Source: Haliotis rufescens (taxonomy: Eukaryota). Taken from it: DNA of 64,000 bases. Of the stretch, positions 36,564 through 49,561 are shown in pieces (position 1 is the first letter of the stretch; every line of letters begins with the position of its first letter). The notes under the pieces are model-generated. The model saw only the letters and a list, made by a program, of their open reading frames with translations. It did not search any database and was not told the origin of the DNA. Where the stretch lies: positions 47,802,001 through 47,866,000 of the forward strand of contig NW_025963779.1 of the NCBI RefSeq assembly GCF_023055435.1. Reading direction: 5' to 3'. Made by a program: the position numbers and the translations under genes.

Positions 36564-37528
36564 TCAATATCTGGTGTAGCCACCCCGTACACGGATCACA
36601 TCCGCAAGACGTTTCCTCATCCTCGAAATCAGACGGCTGATCAACTGAGGGATGTGTTGTCATTCCTGGTACGATCCCTGGGTCAATGTTTGGAGCTTCT
36701 GTACTTGAGGGTCCCTGTCTCTAACCTCTACGTCCAAACAGATCCCATAGATTGGATTCAAATCTGGGCTCCGAGAATACAGAGTCTCAATGGCCTTGTG
36801 TTGGAGATGGTCAGTAACTGTTCGTGCTCGTTAGGGCCAGGCATTGTCGACCATGAGGACAGGGCGTATGGCAAGTGCATGGTGCATCAAAATGAGGCAC
36901 AACAAAACCGTCCAATATCGTATCTTGGTTCCTTTGTCTATTTAATGTCCCCTGAACTGTGACGAAATCAAGTTTATAATCCAAGGTGCAACAACCCAGA
37001 CCATCACTGAGCCGCCACCACATGCCACTGTTTCCTGGGTGTTGCGCTGAAGATAAGATGTTCCTCTTTGCCCCAAGACAGAAGTCCTATCACCAGTGTG
37101 GAGCAATAAACAGCATCAGACAAATGAATCCTCCTCCATGACCCCAAGTTCCAGTGTGCGCGATTCGGACAACAGGCTAAACGGTCCCGTGTGTGTTGGG
37201 GTGAGAGGAGTGGACGTTGTATTGGCCTTCTGGTATTAAATCCCTCTACATTCAGTGGACGTGTGTTGGTGCTAAGGGGCACTCTATTGTGGGTATGCCA
37301 GTAGTGAAGAAGAACTGTGCAAGTTGAACTTGTCAGCTGTTTCGCCTGGCATACCAAAAGCCTGTCCTCTCTTGCACTGGTCTTCCGTGGACGCCCTGAT
37401 CTCAGCATGTCCAGTCAATGTGTGTTTTCCAATGAGACGATGATTGATGTTCAACACGAAGACAATAACCCGACATCACATGCCGGTTTGGTGAATTCCA
37501 ATGATTTGCCATTTTTATGCTTAGGCAT
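36564..37528 (-). pseudogene. Degraded Tc1/mariner transposase
   Basis: minus strand RSGRPRKTSAREDR, RPLLS..RL, W..WRRIHLSD, DNA(W)P, SPDLNPI, C-terminal RGGYTRY*; a TIR-like end TACACCTCGTCAAAAG with TA at ~37801. Confidence 0.8.
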
Positions 37529-38483
37529 TCAGTTGCAATCTTTTCAAAGACAACCTTTCAAATTAGTAGAACTTTCATTCAAAATTAATAGCAGTAAAGA
37601 CACATGAACCTACTGTCATCAAGCATGACTTTCTCTTTATAAACCTCTTAGCTGCGCATACGGCCCGGATAAACGCACCCACAAGATTGGGCAGTTGACG
37701 TTGTTACCATTTTACAGTGTACCATTTGAAAATCACTACTTTGAAAATGTACTTGCAATTACTCTTCACATTTGGTGGTGCGATGCTTTTGACGAGGTGT
37801 ATATATCCCTAGGACACTCGGCGGTTACAACAAAGATCTTTGGAATAAGGGTCGTATCGGAATTACCCAGATGAATCCCTTGAAATAGGCCCAAGTACTA
37901 GTTTTTAGTACGCAGTCACAAAGGTAATACCCTAAGGATTTCAAATGTATGTATTTGTAGCTTGGGGAAACGTTCTGTGCACACGTTAAATGTATGCGCG
38001 TGGACGTTTTTTGTTTTCATTCTGTCTTAACACTTTGTACCATTTTCCCCTCTGGCATTTCTTTGTCTCCATTGAGATTACTGCCCAGGGTCTGCTCTCT
38101 CCGCAAATTATGAGGGCTTTTCGCCATTGGTCTTGAAGTATAAGGGGTTACTAATAGACAGTGAAACAACTCCTAACTTTTTCTTTTTTTTCAAAACTTC
38201 AAATGGCTGAAGTCATTTTTTTGTAGTTTTGATATATCCCAGTGGTGCTGTCGAATGCACATTTTTAAGAGCTTTATATAACACATGGTATTGTTTCCAA
38301 AACGGGTCACGTGACCAGTCCCTACATGCATCATATGAATCGGTCCCTCACCAGAGCATCACAGTTTCACAGAACACAATAATGAGCTGAGTGAAGTGTA
38401 TACTTTCTTTCGCGTGGCATTTTACTTACCAATGTTTTGTAAATGGTAACATTTTCAGAGGAGGTAGTAGCATCTATCGGCCC

Positions 38484-41462
38484 TGGTGATGGTGGTGGTG
38501 GTGATCGTGATGGCACCATGGATCTCACTAGTGGTGGTGGTGATAGTGATGGCACTATGGAACTCACTAGTGGTGGTGGTGGTGGTGATGGTGATAGTGA
38601 TGGCACCATGGAACTCACTAGTGGTGGTGGTGATGGTGATGGCACCATGGAACTCACTAGTGGTGATGGTGATGGTAATGGCACCATGGAACTCACTACT
38701 GGTGGTGGTGATGGTGATGGCACCATGGAACTCACTAGTGGTGGTGGTGATAGTGATGGCAATATGGAACTCACTGGTGGTGGTGGTGATGGTGATGGCA
38801 CCATGGAGCTCACTAGTGGTGGTGGTGATGGGGATGGCACCATGGATCTCACTAGTGGTGGTGGTGATAGTGATGGCAATATGGAACTCACTAGTGGTGG
38901 TGGTGATGGTGATGGCAATATGGAACTCACTAGTGGTGGTGGTGATGGTGATGGCACCATGGAGCTCACTAGTGGTGGTGGTGATGGGGATGGCACCATG
39001 GATCTCACTAGTGGTTGTGGTGATGGTGATGGCATCATGGGACTCACTAGTGGTGATGGTGATGGTGATGGCACCATGGAACTCACTAGTGGTGGTGGTG
39101 ATGGTGATGGCACCATGGAACTCACTAGTGGCGGTGGTGATGGTGATGGCACCATGGATCTCACTAGTGGTGGTGGTGATAGTGATGGCACTATGGAACT
39201 CACTAGTGGTGGTGGTGGTGGTGATGGTGATGGTGATGGCACCATGGAACTCACTAGTGGTGGTGGTGATGGGGATGGCACCATGGATCTCACTAGTGGT
39301 GGTGGTGCTGGTGATGGCACTATGGAACTTACTAGTGGTGGTGGTGGTGGTGGTGGTGATGGTGATGGTGATGGTGATGGCACCATGGAACTCACTAGTG
39401 GTGGTGGTGATGGTGATGGCACCATGGAGCTCACTACTGGTGGTGGTGATGGTGATGGCACCATGGAACTCACTAGTGGTGGTGGTGATGGGGATGACAC
39501 CATGACATTCACTAGTGGTGGTGGTGATGGTGATGGCACCATGGAACTCACTAGTGGTGATGGTGATGGTAATGGCACCATGGAGCTCACTACTGGTGGT
39601 GGTGATGGTGATGGCACCATGGAACTCACTAGTGGTGGTGGTGATAGTGATGGTACCATAGAACTCACTAGTGTGGTGGTGATGGTGATGGCACCATGGA
39701 ACTCACTTCTGGTGATGGTGATGGTGATGGCACCATGGAACTCACGAGTGGTGGTGGTGATGGGGGTGGCACCATGGATCTAACTAGTGGTAGTGGTGAT
39801 GGGGATGGCACCATGGAACTCACTAGTGGTGGTGGTGATGGTGATGGCACCATGGAACTCACTAGTGGTAGTGGTGATGGGGGTGGCACCATGGAACTCA
39901 CTAGTTGTGATGGTGATGGTGATGGCAATATGGAACTCACTAGTGGTGGTGGTGATGGTGATGGCACCGTGGATCTCACTAGTGGTAATGGTGATGGGGA
40001 TGGCACCATGGAACTCACTAGTGGTGATGGTGATGGTGATGGCAATATGGAACTCACTAGTTGTGTTGGTGATGCGGATGGCACCATTGAACTCACTAGT
40101 GGTGGTGGTGATGCGGATGGCACCATGGAACTCACTGGTGGTGATGGTGATGGTGATGGCAATATGGAACTCACTAGTGGTGGTGGTGGTGATGGTGATG
40201 GCACCGTGGATCTCACTAGTGGTGGTGGTGATGCGGATGGCACCATTGAACTCACTAGTGGTGGTGGTAATGGTGATGGCTACAATGGAACTCACTAGTG
40301 GTGGTGGTGATGGGATGGCAGCATGGAACTCAATAGTGGTTATGATGATGGGGATGGCACCATGACATTCACTAGTGGTGATGGTGATGGCACCATGGAG
40401 CTCGCTACTGGTGGTGGTGATGGGGATGGCACCATGACATTCACTAATGGTGGTGGTAATGGTGATGGCACCATGGAACTCACTAGTGGTGGTGGTGATG
40501 GCGATGGCACCATGGAACTCACTAGTGGTGGTGGTTATAGGGATGGAGCCATGGAACTCACTAGTGGTGGTGGTGATGGTGATGGCACCATGGAGCTCAC
40601 TAGTGGTGGTGGTGGTGATGGCGATGGCACCATGGAACTCACTAGTTGTGGTGGTGATGGTGATGGCACCATGGAACTCACTAGTGGTGGTGGTGATGGT
40701 GATGGCACCATGGAACTCACTAGTGGTGGTGGTGATGGCGATGGCACCATGGAACTTACTAGTGGTGGTGGTGCTGGTGATGGGATGACACCATGACATT
40801 CACTAGTGGTGGTGGTGATGGTGATGGCCCCATGGAACTCACTAGTGGTGGTGGTGATGGTGATGGCACCATGGAACTCACTAGTGGTGGTGGTGATGGC
40901 GATGGCACCATGGAACTTACTAGTGGTGGTGGTGCTGGTGAGGGGGTGACACCATGACATTCATTAGTGGTGATGGTGATGGTGATGGCAGCATAGAACT
41001 CACTAGTGGTGGTGATGGTGATGGCACCATGGAACTCACTAGTGGTGGTGGTGATGGTGATGGTGATGGCACCATGGAACTCACTAGTGGTGATGGTGAT
41101 GGGGATGGCACCATGGAACTCACTAGTGGTAGTGGTGATGGGGATGGCACCATGGAACTCACTAGTGGTGATGGTGATGGGGATGGCACCATGGAACTCA
41201 CTAGTGGTAGTGGTGATGGGGATGGCACCATGGAACTCACTAGTGGTGGTGGTGATGGGGATGGCACCATGGAACTGACTTCTGGTGGTGGTGATGGTGA
41301 TGGCACCATGGAACTCACTAGTGGTGATGGTGATGGGGATGGCAGCATGGAACTCACTATAGCTGCCGGTGATGGGGATGGCAGCATGGAGCTCACTAGT
41401 GGTGGTGGTGGTGGTGATGGGGATGGTACCATTTAAATTACTGGTGGTGGTGATGGTGATAG
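38484..41462. repeat. GGT/GAT-based satellite, subfamily 1 (~39 bp, GGCACCATGGAACTCACTAGTGGTGGTGGTGATGGTGAT)
   Basis: unit read directly; length varies mostly in steps of 3 bp. Confidence 0.95.
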
Positions 41463-42410
41463 TGTAGCAGGTGTATATATTTGTATTTTAGTCTTTTTGT
41501 AAATAAATCTATTTCAAGTTTTGTTTCTGTTGAACTTTATTCAACAGAGGTGTGTGTTTGTTTTTATCCCATCATTCTAAGTCAAGGCCTCAGTGATCAA
41601 TCACAACCCAAGCTCAACTACATTCTTTGTCCAGCCCTCTGCTGATCAATCACACCCCAAGCGATCCTGTGATTGGCCACATTCAAACTTTACCTTCTTG
41701 CTCTGACTAACTCCATATTGCCACCTTCACTATGCACTGCACTGGGAGTATTCATAGATCACCACAAAAGGTTAGTTTATAATTTATCGTTATTTCTAAA
41801 TAGTATTAAATAGTAATCAAAGATTAGGCATTATAAATAAGCATCTCAGAAGTAATTATATTTACATTGAATCACATATTTCTATTAATGTTGATGTTTT
41901 GAATGAATGTGGTTTAGAGGCTGAACTTTAAACCTAAGCTTTAGTGTATTTTAATATTATCTTGTATACATGCCAAGTTATATCTACATTAATGGAATTG
42001 CACCAACTATGCATTTTGTTATTCATTTCAATGTATTTAGTCACTCTAAGTATTTATTCCTGCTCTTTCTTCTGCAGGACATATCATGAATGGTGACATT
42101 TCAAGGGTAACACGTTTTACACCCTTGTGCCACACATAGAGTATGTGTAACCATTTTACTTAATATGTACTGTAAGCCATTTCTATCATATCATCTAATA
42201 ATAATTAGTTGTAAGTAATGTAACAGAAATGATTGTATTGCTTTGATGATGATATGATATATATTATGTTTTAATATGCATATACTATATTATCTGTTTC
42301 TTATTACAGGGTGACTATCGTGATTATAATAAACATAAGCCTCACACCCCGTAGCCGTCTTGGTGTCATCTGTTTAAAATAATGGATAAAGCCAAGAAAA
42401 CCCGGTTACA
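41463..42410 (+). repeat. Gypsy B 5' LTR
   Basis: TGTAGC...GTTACA; only 3 substitutions seen versus the 3' LTR; AATAAA at 42328. Confidence 0.97.
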
Positions 42411-42414
42411 TGTT

Positions 42415-42434
42415 TGGAGCCCCCAGTGAGGATT
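42415..42434 (+). promoter_or_regulatory. Primer-binding site, tRNA-Thr-like
   Basis: TGGAGCCCCCAGTGAGGATT is the reverse complement of AATCCTCACTGGGGGCTCCA, a tRNA T-stem/acceptor end; isotype inferred. Confidence 0.75.
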
Positions 42435-43969
42435 CTTATGTGATGTGATGCTTGGATCCCAGCATGGAATGCAAGTGTATGAACGAACTGTAATTATGGT
42501 CTATTTGGCCATCTCGCGAGTGATTGTCAGGTCCATGTGGTTGGGTCTTGTGACCCTAGGACTTACTGATCTTTGACAGCGACCTTGACCCAGAGACTCC
42601 AAGGCAGGTCAAGTTAACAATTTGCTGGACTTGGTTCAGTGATTGTGATTGTGAATTGTGACTCATTTTCCGGACTATTTTGTTTCTCGTATCTAATTGG
42701 ATATATTTATATTGTTCTTCTTGAACTGTAAGTACTGTTTCTACATTTTTTGCAATATTGCTTTGTCTTTGTTTACATTTGACATGTCTGTAAACATTCA
42801 TATTTGAATTTTCTGTTCATTATGAACTTGTAAATATTTGCCTGGCATAACGCCTTGTCGTTTCTTCAAATGCCTTTACGGTTTGTAGCATTGCTATTGT
42901 TTACATATATACCTGCAGGTTATTTACCCTCAATAAGATGTAGTGTCAACTGCACTTATTTTCATTCGGTGTAAACATATCCATATCAATTTGCGTTTGT
43001 TTATACTTAGCTGCAGCTTAATTAGTTAGCATTTAGTTGTGCTTGTACAAGCTTCACCGGTGTTCTCGTTTATTTCCATACTGTAGTATCTTTAATCATT
43101 TACAATTTGTTTTAGGTGTGACGTGTGAGTATGATTGTGTGAATATACTTAAACCAATAAACTTAGCCAAATAAACTTAAGTTTTAAATAAACTTAGCAT
43201 TTAAACTTCAGTTTAATCTTAGATTATACATGTCATAGTTAAGTTAATCATTATTAGCTCTAATCAAGGGGTATATTATTCAACCTGCGCTGCGCTGCAC
43301 TGCACTGCACTACACTTAGTTTAAATATCTAACCAGCTCATACACATCTTTGTCTTCCCCTTTGCTTGTGGTCTTTATTCATTCATTATGTAGGGTCCAT
43401 TTGTAATTATCACCCTTTGCTTTCGTGTCTTGTTGTTTTCTTTTTGGGGGGGAATTGGTATTCCCGTTTGCCGTTCGTGATTATTTTGCGTTTGCGATGT
43501 TTTTGCTCCGTTTGCGTTTGTCGTGAAATGTCTACATCATGATGGCGTTGCCTTGAGCCGCGACCCGTTTTGTACATATTGTCACGCGTTCCGACACACT
43601 GTGGTCTTCATAGTTATTGTAGTCCACACATTTCATTATTCTGCCTCTGCAAACCATGTTATAATCTAATCCTAGGGTCAAATCTTGTTAATCACCCATG
43701 TGTGTAATACTTGCATTTGCCATATAAACCCAACTGATGTCCTTTAATTTGTTTATTTGCCGCTGAAAATACAATTGTTGTTCTCTCACTGTATATGTTT
43801 CTTTTTGTATGGGACTAAAAAACATCGTCTTTGTAGTTATTGACACATTCACAAACCACCATCTACTGCACTTCAAGTCATTGTGTTGTGCCTGTGAAAT
43901 AATTACTGCCAGCCTTGGATCCATGTTTGATTTTGTTTATTCTTTACTTGGAGTCTTGTGCCTTTGAAG

Positions 43970-45226
43970 ATGAATTTCTCTGAAGAAGAATATGCTAGTC
44001 TTGTTGATAGTTTTGCTAAGATGGGTTTGCACCCTAAGGCTGATAACCCCGATGACTTTAAGTCTTGGTTGAAGCAGTATGCCACGCAGGGTGGCCCAGT
44101 TGTGAAGAAGGAAGAAGCTTCCACTTTAGATGGTTCTCAGCCAGAACAGGTACCACTTAGTTCTAAGGTTGCTTATCGTCACTTCCCTAAACTACCTGTG
44201 TTTAGTGGAACGGCCGGCAAGGATGCTGACTATGATGTTTGGCGGTATGAGGTGAACTGTCTCATGGAGTCCAAGACCCATGACAACTCTGTTATCCTTC
44301 AGGCTATTCGTCAGTCACTTAAGGGTGAGGCAGCTCTTATTGTGATGAAGCTTGGTCATCATGCTTCTATTGTGGATATTCTGTTGAAGTTGAAGAGTGC
44401 TTTCGGTACTCTCCGCCGAAGTTCTTCATTATTTTCGGAGTTCTACAGCTCCTACCAGCAAAATGATGAAGACGTGACTGCCTGGAGCTGTCGACTTGAG
44501 AGACTGTTATACCAGTTGTCGGAACAGAAGCAGATTTCTTCAGCAGAGCAGGATGAGATGTTGAGGTCCAGACTTTGGGATGGATTGAAGACTTCACTGA
44601 AGAGTCTTGCTGCTCATAAATATGAGAGTATCTCCGACTTTGATGAGCTAAGACTGTGCCTCCGTGAGATAGAATTTGAACAGAACCGAGCCAAATCAGA
44701 TATCCAGAAGTCCAAGTCAAAGCCCGCATCCGTCAACATGGCCAGTAACCAGCCCGCCTCCAAGCCTGATGACATCGCTGAGCTGAAGGGGATGATCAAG
44801 GATCTGACCACGAGTGTGTTCGACCTACGTGACCAACATCAGCAGCTGTCAGCCCAAGTGTACCAGCAACAACCTTCCTTTGGTTCTACCACCCACGGAC
44901 AGCAGTATGGGAGAAGACCACTGAGATCAAGAGGTCGCGGACAGGGAGGACGAGGATTTCAGCCAGCTATGTATGATCCTCGATCCAGCCAGTATCCTGC
45001 TCCATCTCCCGAGGGAAGGAGTGCCGCTGCCCCTTCCTACTTCTATCAACCTGGGGCTGGAGCTAATGACAACAGATCTCTCACACCTGGACAAGCATCG
45101 GATCACGAGCCTGTGTGTTTCAGGTGTGGCTATCCCGGACATTTGTATTATGGTTGTCGTGTACGTCTTGACCATCTTAAGAGGCCTTTAAACTCGGCCA
45201 CGCCTATGGCCCGGGGGCGCCCGTAG
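43970..45226 (+). CDS. gag: Gypsy B Gag, PNMA/Ma-like capsid with CCHC zinc knuckle
   Basis: open frame (ATG 43970); LPVFSG..DYDVWRYEV..AIRQSLKGEA..LKSAFG; CFRCGYPGHLYYGC. Confidence 0.92.
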   Translation: MNFSEEEYASLVDSFAKMGLHPKADNPDDFKSWLKQYATQGGPVVKKEEASTLDGSQPEQVPLSSKVAYRHFPKLPVFSGTAGKDADYDVWRYEVNCLMESKTHDNSVILQAIRQSLKGEAALIVMKLGHHASIVDILLKLKSAFGTLRRSSSLFSEFYSSYQQNDEDVTAWSCRLERLLYQLSEQKQISSAEQDEMLRSRLWDGLKTSLKSLAAHKYESISDFDELRLCLREIEFEQNRAKSDIQKSKSKPASVNMASNQPASKPDDIAELKGMIKDLTTSVFDLRDQHQQLSAQVYQQQPSFGSTTHGQQYGRRPLRSRGRGQGGRGFQPAMYDPRSSQYPAPSPEGRSAAAPSYFYQPGAGANDNRSLTPGQASDHEPVCFRCGYPGHLYYGCRVRLDHLKRPLNSATPMARGRP

Positions 45227-45227
45227 G
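45187..45227 (+). promoter_or_regulatory. Programmed -1 ribosomal frameshift signal (T TTA AAC plus GC-rich stem/pseudoknot)
   Basis: heptamer is in the correct gag phase; the -1 frame is open from 45190 into ALVDTGA; CCTATGG/CCGTAGG and GGCCA/TGGCC stems follow. Confidence 0.8.
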
Positions 45228-48200
45228 TGTTACATCTAGCCCTCGTGTATTCGCACACACTGACTTAGTTGGGAATTCAAATGAGGTAGATATACTTATT
45301 GAGAATATTCCTGTTAGGGCATTAGTGGACACAGGTGCCACAGTGTCTATTGTGTCTAGCTCTTTTTATGATAGGTATCTCACTCATATTCCCATACATT
45401 CAGTAGATAGCCTTCTTAATATTGAATGTGCAGGTGGTAACTCATTACCTTACTCTGGTTACATTGAGGTTAAGGTCAAGGGCATTGGTGATGGTTGTGA
45501 TGACCAAGATGACATGACTTGTTTGTTACTTGTTGTGCCTGACACTAGCTATAATGCCAAAGTTCCTGCTCTTCTTGGGACTAATGTTCTTGGAGTGCTT
45601 TTGGATGCCTGCAGAAAGGTTAATGGAATCCGATTCCTTCAGACGGCCAACCTCTACACACCTTGGTACCTGGCCTTTAGAAGTATGATGCTTCGAGAGA
45701 AGGAGTTAGAGAGGAATGGTGGGAAGTTGGGCTTTGTTAGATCCATTGAATATAAGCCTGTAATCATACCTGCTAATGGTTCTGCCATTATTCGTGGACA
45801 ACTGTGCAAGGGGATTCCATATCCACAAGTGTGTGCCCTTATACAGCCAACTGTAGACTCTACTATTTCCAAGGACTTAGACATCATACCAGCCGTTGTG
45901 AGATACTGCCATGACAGACCAGATGAGATACAAGTTCATGTGTCTAATGTTACTACCCAGACCATGATTGTTCCCACTAAGGCTCTGCTGTGTGAACTTC
46001 AACCAGTGACAATAGAAGACCTACCAGACATGAGATGTTCAGACTCTGAGAAGTGGATTGACGACATTGAGTTGGAGGAAGATGGACTTACACGTGATGA
46101 AGTTGCACAGGGACTTGAGGTTATAAGGAGGTATGGTGACATTTTCTCTAAACACGATAAAGATCTTGGACATTCCAACATGGTCAAGCATCGGATAGAA
46201 CTCTATGATGACGTGCCCTTCAAGCAGAGACATCGGCGTATACCACCAGCGATGTATGACCAGGTTCGGAGTCATCTTCAAGAACTGTTGTCCTCTGGTG
46301 TGATTAGACACTCTCATAGTCCTTGGGCATCCAACGTTGTGTTAGCCAAGCGCAAAGATGGCCGATTACGTCTATGCATAGATTTTCGCCAGCTGAACAA
46401 CCGGACAATTAAGGACAGTTATGCTCTCCCAAGAATTGAAGAACTTCTAGATTGTCTCGGAGGGAACAAGTTCTACTCAGTGTTGGACATGAAGAGCGGC
46501 TATTACCAAGTCGAGATAGATGATGACCATAAGGAGAGAACGGCTTTTACTGTAGGTCCACTCGGATTTTTCGAGTACAACAGGATGCCGTTCGGCTTGT
46601 CAAACGCCCCAGCGACCTATCAGCGCCTTATGGAGAAGTGTCTAGAGGGACTGAACTTGAAGATTTGCCTTATATACATTGATGATCTCATCATATTTTC
46701 CCGGACATACGAAGAGCATGTGGAGAGGCTGGAGCTCGTCTTTAGAAGATTACAAGAATGTGGACTGAAGCTCGCCCCACAGAAATACAAGTTCTTTAAG
46801 AGGAAGGTGAGGTACGTTGGGTATATTGTGTCTGCTGAGGGGATTGAAGCAGATCCAGAGAAGATAGACAAGATTCAGCACTGGCCAACACCATCTACGC
46901 CAGAAGACATCCGGAAATTCTTGGGATTTGCTGGATACTATCGGAAATTCGTCCAGGACTTCTCTAAGATAGCCAGACCTCTCTCAGAACTTATGCCAAA
47001 GTGTGCCACCAAGAAGTCGAGGTCTAAGACATCCCAAACTGCTTGTAACTGGGGTCCTGCTCAAGAAGAAGCTTTCCAGGAGTTAAAGAACAGACTTTCA
47101 TCACCTCCAGTCCTCGGGTGTGCTGACTTCTCAAGACCTTTCGAGCTGCACACTGATGCTAGTACCCATGGCCTAGGAGCAGTCTTATACCAGGAGCATG
47201 ATGGTCACCTACGAGTTATTGCCTATGCAAGTAGGGGTTTGAATCGATCTGAACGGAACTATTCAGCACATAAACTCGAGTTTTTGTGTCTGAAATGGGC
47301 CGTTTCAGAGAAATTTCACGACTACTTGTATGGCAATGATTTCGTGGTAATGACTGACAATAATCCCCTGACGTATGTACTTACTACAGCATGTCTGGAC
47401 GCCACAGGACATCGGTGGTTAGCTGCTCTAGCAAGTTACAACTTTACCATCAAGTACCGGCCAGGGAAGAGCAACGTTGATGCTGATGTGTTGTCTCGTT
47501 TGCCAAGCAAAGACCCAGTCCAGATGGAAGACCTGTCTAGTGATGTGGTGAGTGCTATCTGTAACAAGATTTGTGCACCTAATCTTGTTGAGAGTTTGTG
47601 CTTGTCTACAGAAGTGGTTCCAGGAAGTGAAGCAGATGTAAGTGACCATGTGTGTGCTGCCAATGCTAAGGATTGGCGTCGTGCTCAGCTGAAGGACACA
47701 TCCCTTGCTGTTATCATGGAGCATCTGGAGAATGCCACGAGACCTGACAGAACTCAGTTCCAAGGAGACCCAGAGATGACTACTTTATTGAAGACATTTG
47801 CACATTTGACTTTGAGGGAAGGTGTGTTATATAGAGTCACCAGCATGGATGGATGTGATCAAGAACAGCTAGTACTACCTTCCAGATGTAGGATTTCAGC
47901 ACTCAGAAGCTTGCATGATCGTGTAGGACATCCAGGCAGAGATCGGACCTTATCCCTACTCAAGGAAGGTTTCTACTGGCCTGGTATGACCAAGGATGTA
48001 GATGACTACCTGAAGATATGCGAGAGGTGTCTGAAGGGAAGGGAAACACATCCATCAGAGCCCCTTTGGTGAGCATCCAGACGTCGCAGCCAATGGAACT
48101 GGTCTGCATGGACTTCTTGACTCTGGAGCCATCCAAGGGTGGTCAACAGTATGTGTTGGTCATTACTGACCATTTTACCCGGTACGCTCAAGCCTATCCG

Positions 48201-49529
48201 TGTCGGAATACATCAGCCAAGACGACAGCAGACTTGTTTTTCAACAACTTTGTCATCCATTATGGTCTACCCAAGAGGATTCATTCCGACAAAGGAGCCA
48301 ATTTTGTTGGTAAGCTGATGACAGAGCTGTGCCTGCTGCTTGGGATCGATAAGTCGTCCACAACACCCTACCATCCCATGGGTAATGGGATGTGTGAACG
48401 ATTCAACCGGACCCTATGTGATATGTTGGGAACTCTGGAACCAGACGCCAAGAGGGACTGGAAGGCTCATGTTGGACCCTTAGTCCATGCATACAATTGC
48501 ATTCGACATGAGTCTACCGGACATTCCCCCTTCTTCCTTATGTTTGGGCGTTGCCCAAGACTTCCAGTGGATCTAGCATTTGGACTTGACATCCAGCCAA
48601 GCAAGCCCAAGTCACTGCAGCAGTACACAAAGTCATTAAGAGAACGACTCCAAGAGGGATACCATCTAGCTTCACAGAACAGCAAGGAAGCACAGCAGGA
48701 TCAGAAGACCTACTTTGATAAGAAGGCAAGAGCAGCAATTATAGAGACTGGTGACCGAGTTCTGGTTAAAACCGTCGCCTTTGAAGGAAGACACAAACTA
48801 GCAGACAGGTGGGAAGGTGACATATACACAGTTCTTCGTCAGCCGAACCCCTCCATCCCTGTCTATGTGGTCGGAAAGGAGAATGGTGAAGGTAGGAAGA
48901 GAGTGTTACACCGGAATCTTCTACTTCCCATTGGTGCACTCCCTGTACCGGATCCACCAGCACCAGAACCACCGAGACCTATCCCGAAACCAAGAATATC
49001 AAAGAGACTTGCTATTCCAGTCAAGGAACCAGAGGATGACGAGTCAGACATATATTTCCCTTCGTCTGAGCCGTCAGTGTCAGCTGCGGATACAGCTGAT
49101 AGGCCAACTGAGGCTAGAGCAGAAGTTGAAGATTCTGCATTGGACGAAGATGATTTAGTTGGAGATGCAGTTGGGAGCCAGCCAGATCAGCCTGAAGATA
49201 TTTCAGCTGAGGTTGATCCTGCTGCAGAGGAGATATCAGATGTGGAGACCACTGACGCAGATCCGGGTGCAGCCCCAGAAGAACCTGCCAATGTGGAAGA
49301 TGATCCTGAGTTAGCTGAAGATGTGCCGGCACAGCAACCCAGAAGATCAGGGAGGACTCGGACACAGCCACGGTGGATGTCTAGCGGTGAGTATGTCATG
49401 TCTGCAGTTCCGCATCCCGACTGGAGGAACAGAGCTGAGTATCTCAGTTCTCTTATCAACGCTGGAGTGCTTGCCAACGACAGTACTGATGTACAGAATG
49501 CATTTCTCTCCCTTGTTTTAGGCAGATGA
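45190..49529 (+). pseudogene. pol: Gypsy B Pol (PR-RT-RH-IN) with a single 1-bp frameshift at ~48040
   Basis: LVDTGA; DFRQLN, MPFGLSNAP, YIDD; HTDAS, TDNNPL, DADVLSR; LHDRVGHPG..CERC; MDF, HSDKG, NGMCERFN; acidic/Pro tail. Adding one base restores CERCLKRKGNTSIRAPL. Confidence 0.93.
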
Positions 49530-49550
49530 TGAGGACATCATTTTCATGCC

Positions 49551-49559
49551 GGGGGGAAG
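49551..49559 (+). promoter_or_regulatory. Polypurine tract of Gypsy B
   Basis: GGGGGGAAG two bases before the 3' LTR. Confidence 0.85.
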
Positions 49560-49561
49560 TG

